This document shows, one piece after another, positions 46,901-51,297 of a DNA stretch of 51,297 nucleotides; the first letter of the stretch is position 1; every line of letters begins with the position of its first letter. The position numbers and the translations under genes are program-made. This DNA is from an uncultured Bacteroidales bacterium (GTDB taxonomy: Bacteria; Bacteroidota; Bacteroidia; Bacteroidales; JAADJA01). Location: positions 1 through 51,297 of the forward strand of contig CAYOZZ010000381.1 of the NCBI GenBank assembly GCA_964408535.1, read 5' to 3'. Below the pieces are notes generated by a model. The model did not search any database. It saw only the letters and a list, made by a program, of their open reading frames with translations, and was not told the origin of the DNA.

Positions 46901-49493
46901 ATTAACTTTCTGGTATAATATGTATGGTTCAACAATGGGTACGATGTCTGTTCAGATATCTGTTGACGGAGGTTCTACATGGTCATCCGATGAATGGAGT
47001 TTAAGTGGAGATCAAGGTAGCTCCTGGCAACTTGCAAACGTTTCATTGAATTCTTATTTATCTGCAAATACTGTAGTTCGTTTTACAGGTTTTACCGGTA
47101 CATCATATACATCTGATATGGCAATTGACGATATAACTGTTAATGCATCTTCAAGTGGCCCGGTTAATGATAATTGTTCCGGTGCCATTGCTATTAATGA
47201 AGTTACCGATTACCCGTTTAATACAAGCAGTGCTACGGCAAGCGGAGCTAATCTTACTTGTGTTTACGGCTCACAGGTGGATTTATGGTATGCTTACACT
47301 GCAACATTTACGGGTGATGCCAGATTTGATTTATGTGGTAGTGGTTATGATACAGGTCTTGGTATTTGGGATGCCTGCGGAGGAACACAACTGGCTTGTA
47401 ACGATGATGACTGTGGTTTGCAGTCGGGGATTACTATGGCTGTAACAAGTGGTACAACTTACTATGTTCAGGTAACCGGATATAGTGGTGCAACAGGTTC
47501 CGGTGATTTGACAATCCGCCCGGTTAATGATAATTGTTCCGGTGCTATTGCAATAAATGAAGTTGTTGATCTTCCGTTTAATACAAGTGCTGCCACAGCC
47601 AGCGGTGTACAACCGAGTTGCGGCGGTAGTTCTACTCCTCCCGTTGATCTTTGGTATGCTTATACGGCAACAATTACCGGAAATGCGACTTTCGATTTAT
47701 GCGGAAGTTCTTTTGATACAAGATTAACAATTTGGGATGCCTGCGGAGGAACACAACTGGCTTGTAACGATGATGACTGTGGATTGCAATCAAGTATCTC
47801 AATGGCAGTTACAAGTGGAACAACTTATTATGTACAGGTTGGTGGATATAATTCGAATAAGGGTAACGGTGATTTGACTATTCAAGTTGTTGTTCCCGGT
47901 CTTTGGACCGGTGCAACATCGAATGACTGGGGCGTAGGTGGTAACTGGGACGATAGTAATGTTCCGCTTGCTTCGACAGATGTTTTAATCCCGTCATCAC
48001 CTTCCGGAGGTAATTATCCCGAGACGAACTCAGGTGCAGGTGCCGAGTGTGCAAATCTTACAATTGAAGCCGGAGCACATCTTTTCATTCCGTCGAATAA
48101 TTCACTAACAGTTAACGGTACTTTAACTAACAGTGCCGGTACTTCAGGGTTGATTATCGAATCGGATGCAACTGGAACCGGTTCTTTGATTCATAATACT
48201 GCCGGAGTTGATGCTACGGTTGAAAGATATCTAACCGATGCAAGATGGCATTTTATCGGAATGCCTGTAAGCAGTGCTGTTGCAGGGGTATTTCACTTAC
48301 CTTCCGGCCATTCGGATATCTATCTGCGAACTCACATTGAAGCATCCAATACTTGGGACAATTGGATAGTACCTGTAACAACTCCTTTACTTCTTGGTCG
48401 TGGATATGAAACCTGGGTAGGAACACCGGGTGGTTTTAGCCAGCCCGAAACAATTGAGTTTGAAGGTGCTTTGAATACAGGTGATTATACTACCGGTACC
48501 GGAGGCTTTTACGGATTGCAATATACAACAGGGCATGGATTAAATATGATTTCCAATCCTTATCCTTCAGCTCTTGAAGCTGATATTGATACCTGGTCAA
48601 AGTCGAATATTGACAACTCTGTTTGGATTTGGTCTGATTCGGACGGTAATTATGTGTATTGGAACGGTACTGACGGCACAAACAGTAACGGCTGGGGAAC
48701 TATGACAGGAGGTGTTATTCCTGAAATGCAGGGATTCTTTGTTTTGGCTAACGGTGCTAATCCCTCGCTAACTATTCCTCAAAGCGGCAGAATTCATAGC
48801 AACCAGGCTTATTACAAAGATTCTTATGTTCCTGAAAATACATTAAGACTTGAAGTTACAGGTAATGATTATAAGGATGTTGCTTTTGTTTCATTTAATG
48901 AGTCGGCTACCGGAGAGTATGACAACAATCTTGATGTTCAAAAGCTTTTCGGTTTGGATGAAGCACCGCAACTCTATTCTGTAATTCCAAACAAACTCCT
49001 TTCTATTAACTCGCTTCCCGAACTGACCGAATCGAAAGTCGTTCAGCTCGGGTTTGAGTGCGGAGTTAACGGGCAATTTACATTTACTGCCGGTGATATT
49101 GAAAGTTTTACCGCTTATACTCCTATTTATCTTGAAGATACAAAAGAGGGTATCATTCGTAAATTAAATGATAATCCGGTTTATACCTTCAATCATAGCC
49201 CGTTGGATGATAATAATCGTTTTATCCTTCATTTCGGTGAGGTTAACGGTGTTGGAGATATCTCAACGGGAGGCATTAAGGTGTATTCAAACAAAAATAC
49301 GGTTTATGTACAGAAGCCGGCCGATTTTAACGGTATTGTATTTATCTACGATATGCTCGGCCAGGAGATAATCAGCCGTAAAGCCAATGGCGAAGGACTG
49401 ATGACAATTCCCGTAACAAACGGAACAGGTTATTACGTTGTAAAAGTTCAGTCGGATAATAATTTGATTACACAAAAAGTGTTTATTTACTAA
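43953..49493 (+). CDS. Giant multidomain T9SS cargo protein (unassigned N-terminal domain, 2 PKD-like, 2 MAM/jelly-roll-like and 2 Cys-rich PPC-like modules, shared C-terminal module, T9SS sorting domain)
   Basis: 1846 aa with a signal peptide. PKD-like repeats at about nt 45590-45830 and 46340-46590. MAM-like modules (CWSNEY...VCVDDVYV; CWTNVTGDDLDWD...MAIDDITV). Tandem PVNDNC...GDLTI modules. C-terminal IVFIYDMLGQEI...GYYVVKVQSDNNLITQKVFIY. Confidence 0.9.
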   Translation: MKRLLLLITFVSVFVLTDNVQAQKSKVVHPTKVTTAIYFDEIPSLKDLPPVDDQYYIDNWGKSVAEGAEHESEEAPNYSNWKDEGPDPVWQKENGWLQSPKALIQNFAGQSSPYLPSDCNGTVGPNHFMQTVNTTYAIWDKAGNQVVAPTAMNTLFSGVAGSGNNDGDPLILFDEQADKWVAIEFSLDAYLHGGTYDYMLFAVSQTNDPTGAWWRWSFIMNGLPDYEKVGIWHDGYYMGTNLGSTSSSGDDVYVFERSVMITGGANPQQVQFHNPNRPNNGFHCIMPLDADGAAPPSSSPGQFITINDDAWGGSDELWIYECNVDWTTPSNSTFSRTQQISVPAFDSQFNSWGTGDIAQSGTSQLVDAQPYVLMVRGQYKNFGTAQSIVCLHTVDVDGTNHAGERWYELEKTSQTDPTWSIRQSGTYAPDANSRWMGSIAINDNHEIAMGYSVSGSSMSPNIRYCGQSASGNASATGVMDIAESADLVSSPQSQGSSNRWGDYSLMTVDPTDGITFWYTDEYYNSGKKTRILSFTIGSSVLTAQFSGTPTSVDVGNSVTFTDASYGPNPITSWNWSFPGGTPSSYSGQNPPPITYNTVGTYNVTLTVGDGSSTDVETKTNYINVINCTVSSYPWSEGFENGGNIPDCWSNEYVTDTQDWAYQAGGHSGNPSGAHTGSYNAYLYNGSTTANVTKLVTPQLDMSGLSSATLTFWHTQALWSPDQDELRIYYKSSSGGSWTLLAEYTNNITSWTQETINLPGLSGDYYIAFEGTAKYGHGVCVDDVYVDGVAGGSPPVADFSADDVTPAVGQTVTFTDLSSDSPTSWSWSFSPATITYVGGTSSSSQNPQVTFDATGTYSVTLTATNAYGSDDEVKTNYITAGSSCPPVTSFPYTQDFDSWTTSSPAYQCTADGSVALQDCWTNVTGDDLDWDILSGATASGSTGPSSDHTSGSGNYLYTESSSCNSKTGYITSPVFDLSSFSSASLTFWYNMYGSTMGTMSVQISVDGGSTWSSDEWSLSGDQGSSWQLANVSLNSYLSANTVVRFTGFTGTSYTSDMAIDDITVNASSSGPVNDNCSGAIAINEVTDYPFNTSSATASGANLTCVYGSQVDLWYAYTATFTGDARFDLCGSGYDTGLGIWDACGGTQLACNDDDCGLQSGITMAVTSGTTYYVQVTGYSGATGSGDLTIRPVNDNCSGAIAINEVVDLPFNTSAATASGVQPSCGGSSTPPVDLWYAYTATITGNATFDLCGSSFDTRLTIWDACGGTQLACNDDDCGLQSSISMAVTSGTTYYVQVGGYNSNKGNGDLTIQVVVPGLWTGATSNDWGVGGNWDDSNVPLASTDVLIPSSPSGGNYPETNSGAGAECANLTIEAGAHLFIPSNNSLTVNGTLTNSAGTSGLIIESDATGTGSLIHNTAGVDATVERYLTDARWHFIGMPVSSAVAGVFHLPSGHSDIYLRTHIEASNTWDNWIVPVTTPLLLGRGYETWVGTPGGFSQPETIEFEGALNTGDYTTGTGGFYGLQYTTGHGLNMISNPYPSALEADIDTWSKSNIDNSVWIWSDSDGNYVYWNGTDGTNSNGWGTMTGGVIPEMQGFFVLANGANPSLTIPQSGRIHSNQAYYKDSYVPENTLRLEVTGNDYKDVAFVSFNESATGEYDNNLDVQKLFGLDEAPQLYSVIPNKLLSINSLPELTESKVVQLGFECGVNGQFTFTAGDIESFTAYTPIYLEDTKEGIIRKLNDNPVYTFNHSPLDDNNRFILHFGEVNGVGDISTGGIKVYSNKNTVYVQKPADFNGIVFIYDMLGQEIISRKANGEGLMTIPVTNGTGYYVVKVQSDNNLITQKVFIY
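47160..47885 (+). repeat. In-frame tandem duplication (360 + 366 nt) encoding two Cys-rich PPC-like modules
   Basis: Copy A is 47160-47519 and copy B is 47520-47885. A 53-nt stretch is identical at 47364-47416 and 47730-47782, and the first 28 nt or so are also identical. The rest is diverged. Confidence 0.9.
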
Positions 49494-49560
49494 TTCCTAA
49501 CAGATTACTCAGTAAAGCTGTTTGGAAGCAATTAATAAATTGTTTTAGTTTCATGATGAT

Positions 49561-49592
49561 AAAAGCCCTCCATAGTCAGGAGGGCTTTTTTT
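49561..49592 (+). terminator. Rho-independent terminator after the 1846-aa gene
   Basis: AAAAGCCCTCC-ATAGTCA-GGAGGGCTTTTTTT: a perfect 8-bp GC-rich stem plus a T run. Confidence 0.85.
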
Positions 49593-49608
49593 ATAAAGAT
49601 TATTCAAT

Positions 49609-49672
49609 CGTCATTCTGAGCGAAGTCGGGTCATTTTGAGCGAAGTCGAAGAATGATACTATGCGAAGTCGA
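49609..49672. repeat. Short degenerate tandem/palindromic repeats built on GCGAAGTCG
   Basis: GTCATTCTGAGCGAAGTCGG, GTCATTTTGAGCGAAGTCGAAGAATGA and TGCGAAGTCGAAAATAC. The middle unit folds as TCATTTT...AAGAATGA. Confidence 0.6.
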
Positions 49673-49773
49673 AAATACATTTTACTATCAATCAGGTCAC
49701 AAATTCGTTTGGTAAGTTACTATTTAGAGTTTGTTTTTAAAAAAATAATACTCTTGTTGGATTAATAAAGAAT

Positions 49774-49864
49774 TTTTATTAAATTTGGCGCTTCAAAACC
49801 CCGGTATAATATTTATTGTTTATATTCAGATTCTCATATTTGTTTAATTAAAAATATTGATACT
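49774..49864 (+). promoter_or_regulatory. Promoter plus conserved leader (copy B) of the BNR-repeat gene
   Basis: -7 box TAAATTTG at 49780-49787. The block TTCTCATATTTGTTTAATTAAAAATAT at 49831-49857 is homologous to 43921-43945. The TTGGC(C)GCT that follows the -7 box is also shared. Confidence 0.55.
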
Positions 49865-51297
49865 ATGAAACGTTTTTTACTTTTTGTTTTATTGTTTGCT
49901 GCCTCGGGTATTTTATCATCTCAGGCTTGGATACAGAACCTGCCACAGGATAAGGTTCAAAATAATAAACTTACTTTTTATGATATTCAGAAAGCATTCG
50001 ATGAATATTGGGCACCGTACAATGTTGAATACGGGTATTATGATGTAAATGGTGAGAAGATTAAGGCTCCCGGATGGAAGCAATTTAAACGTTGGGAATG
50101 GTATTGGGAAGACCGTGTTGATCCAGGGACAGGAAAGTTTCCCGAGACAACAGCTGCCGATGAATTCCAGAAATATATAAAACAATACGGTGGTAGTATT
50201 AAAAGTCCGGCAGGAAACTGGACAAGTCTTGGACCTTCGAGTTCAACAGGAGGATATCATGGGGTTGGAAGAATCAACTGTATTGCATTCAGACCCGGTT
50301 CAACAAATATTTTTTATATAGGTTCTCCAAGCGGGGGGTTATGGAAAACAACCGACGGAGGAGCTAACTGGACAGTTTTGACTGATAATAATATGGTTCT
50401 TGGGGTTAGTGATATTATTGTAATTCCGGGACCATTTCAGGATAAGATTTACATTGCAACAGGCGATAAGGACGGGGGTAGCGGATGGGCACTCGGTGGA
50501 GGACAAAGTCATGATAATAATAGTATTGGAGTACTTGTCTCAACTGACGGAGGAGCTACATGGAACACAACCGGTCTTTCCTGGACAGCAAGCCAGAAAA
50601 GAACAATCAGCAGGCTTATACTTGATCCTAACAGCGGTAACCAAACACTTTATGCTGCGACATCAATTGGTATTTACAAGACTACTGATGGTGGTGCAAA
50701 CTGGAATTTACAGCAGGCGGGCACTTTCATTGATATGGAAATGAACCCGAATAACAGCAATATTTTATATGCATCGACAAAAGACTATTGGGGTACGCCT
50801 CAAATTTTTGTTACAACAAATGGAGGCGGAACTTGGACAGCAAATAAAACATTTGCTGCGACGGATTACAGGGTTGACCTTGCGGTTACAGCTGCAAACA
50901 ATAACTATGTTTATGCAATTGTGGCAAACAGGAACGGTGGATTGACCAGTATTGAACGTTCAACAAATTCGGGGAGTTCTTTTAGCTCTGTATATACCGA
51001 TACCGGATCCGGCTCCTGGTTGTTGGGATATTTTTGTGACGGAACCGGTGCTTCCAATTCCGGGCAGGGTGGTTACGATCTTTGTATTGCTGCTGATCCT
51101 ACAAATGCAAATACCGTTTTTATAGGTGGTGTTAATACCTGGAAATCAACTAACGGAGGTGTCTCTTGGAGTATAAGTAATATGTGGACAAGCAGTGGTA
51201 CATATAATTCTTGCGGTGCTCCAGTTGTACATGCTGATAAACATTTTCTTGCATTCCAAAATGCTACTTCAACATTGTTTGAATGTAATGACGGAGG
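49865..51297 (+). CDS. Secreted BNR/Asp-box repeat (sortilin/Vps10-like beta-propeller) protein; 3' end truncated by the window
   Basis: Absent from the ORF track because it has no stop. I translated it by hand from the ATG at 49865 to the window end without meeting a stop codon. Signal peptide MKRFLLFVLLFAASGILSSQA. Repeated Asp-boxes: WKTTDGGANW, VSTDGGATW, YKTTDGGANW, TTNGGGTW, KSTNGGVSW. Confidence 0.85.
   Translation, partial: MKRFLLFVLLFAASGILSSQAWIQNLPQDKVQNNKLTFYDIQKAFDEYWAPYNVEYGYYDVNGEKIKAPGWKQFKRWEWYWEDRVDPGTGKFPETTAADEFQKYIKQYGGSIKSPAGNWTSLGPSSSTGGYHGVGRINCIAFRPGSTNIFYIGSPSGGLWKTTDGGANWTVLTDNNMVLGVSDIIVIPGPFQDKIYIATGDKDGGSGWALGGGQSHDNNSIGVLVSTDGGATWNTTGLSWTASQKRTISRLILDPNSGNQTLYAATSIGIYKTTDGGANWNLQQAGTFIDMEMNPNNSNILYASTKDYWGTPQIFVTTNGGGTWTANKTFAATDYRVDLAVTAANNNYVYAIVANRNGGLTSIERSTNSGSSFSSVYTDTGSGSWLLGYFCDGTGASNSGQGGYDLCIAADPTNANTVFIGGVNTWKSTNGGVSWSISNMWTSSGTYNSCGAPVVHADKHFLAFQNATSTLFECNDG

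Noticed and set aside
47160-47885. 360/366-nt tandem repeat as a mobile element or CRISPR-like feature
   Set aside because: It is in frame, encodes two homologous protein modules, and has no terminal inverted repeats or transposase.

Overview
This looks like a chromosomal segment of an AT-rich Bacteroidota genome. The evidence is several T9SS-type C-terminal sorting domains, recurrent TAnnTTTG -7 promoter boxes, and an ECF sigma/FecR/STN-TonB-receptor/DUF4249 module. Gene order, left to right: (1) a GC-rich, non-coding, highly structured island I could not assign; (2) waaA plus an outer-membrane beta-barrel gene; (3) a nucleotide-sugar precursor block (WbpB/WbpD/WbpE/WbpA-like, galE, rfbB); (4) an orphan MNT nucleotidyltransferase; (5) a methylcrotonyl-CoA carboxylase/leucine-catabolic set (alpha, beta, hydratase) interrupted by pgk, an MBL hydrolase, a K+ channel and a RAYT transposase flanked by identical palindromes (a REPtron); (6) fabD; (7) a Wza/Wzc-like export pair whose kinase ends in a (YG)14YY tail; (8) an SRAP peptidase; (9) a T9SS cargo gene plus a fibre-like repeat protein; (10) an MMPL exporter-rfbA-prenyl synthase operon; (11) an AAA-ATPase-like/PD-(D/E)xK fusion; (12) a PPi-type phosphofructokinase; (13) the ECF/FecR/TonB/DUF4249 signalling module; (14) three consecutive very large secreted proteins of 1809 aa, 1846 aa and at least 477 aa (truncated by the window end). 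I saw no rRNA, tRNA, CRISPR array or prophage. The best candidates for something new are the giant surface-protein island (a CTD-less GEVED-repeat protein with a dockerin-like tail next to T9SS cargo genes that share a duplicated promoter/leader), the REPtron and its palindrome family, and the unassigned structured RNA-like element at the left edge. All functional calls come from reading the translated ORFs and motifs by eye. No database search was run.
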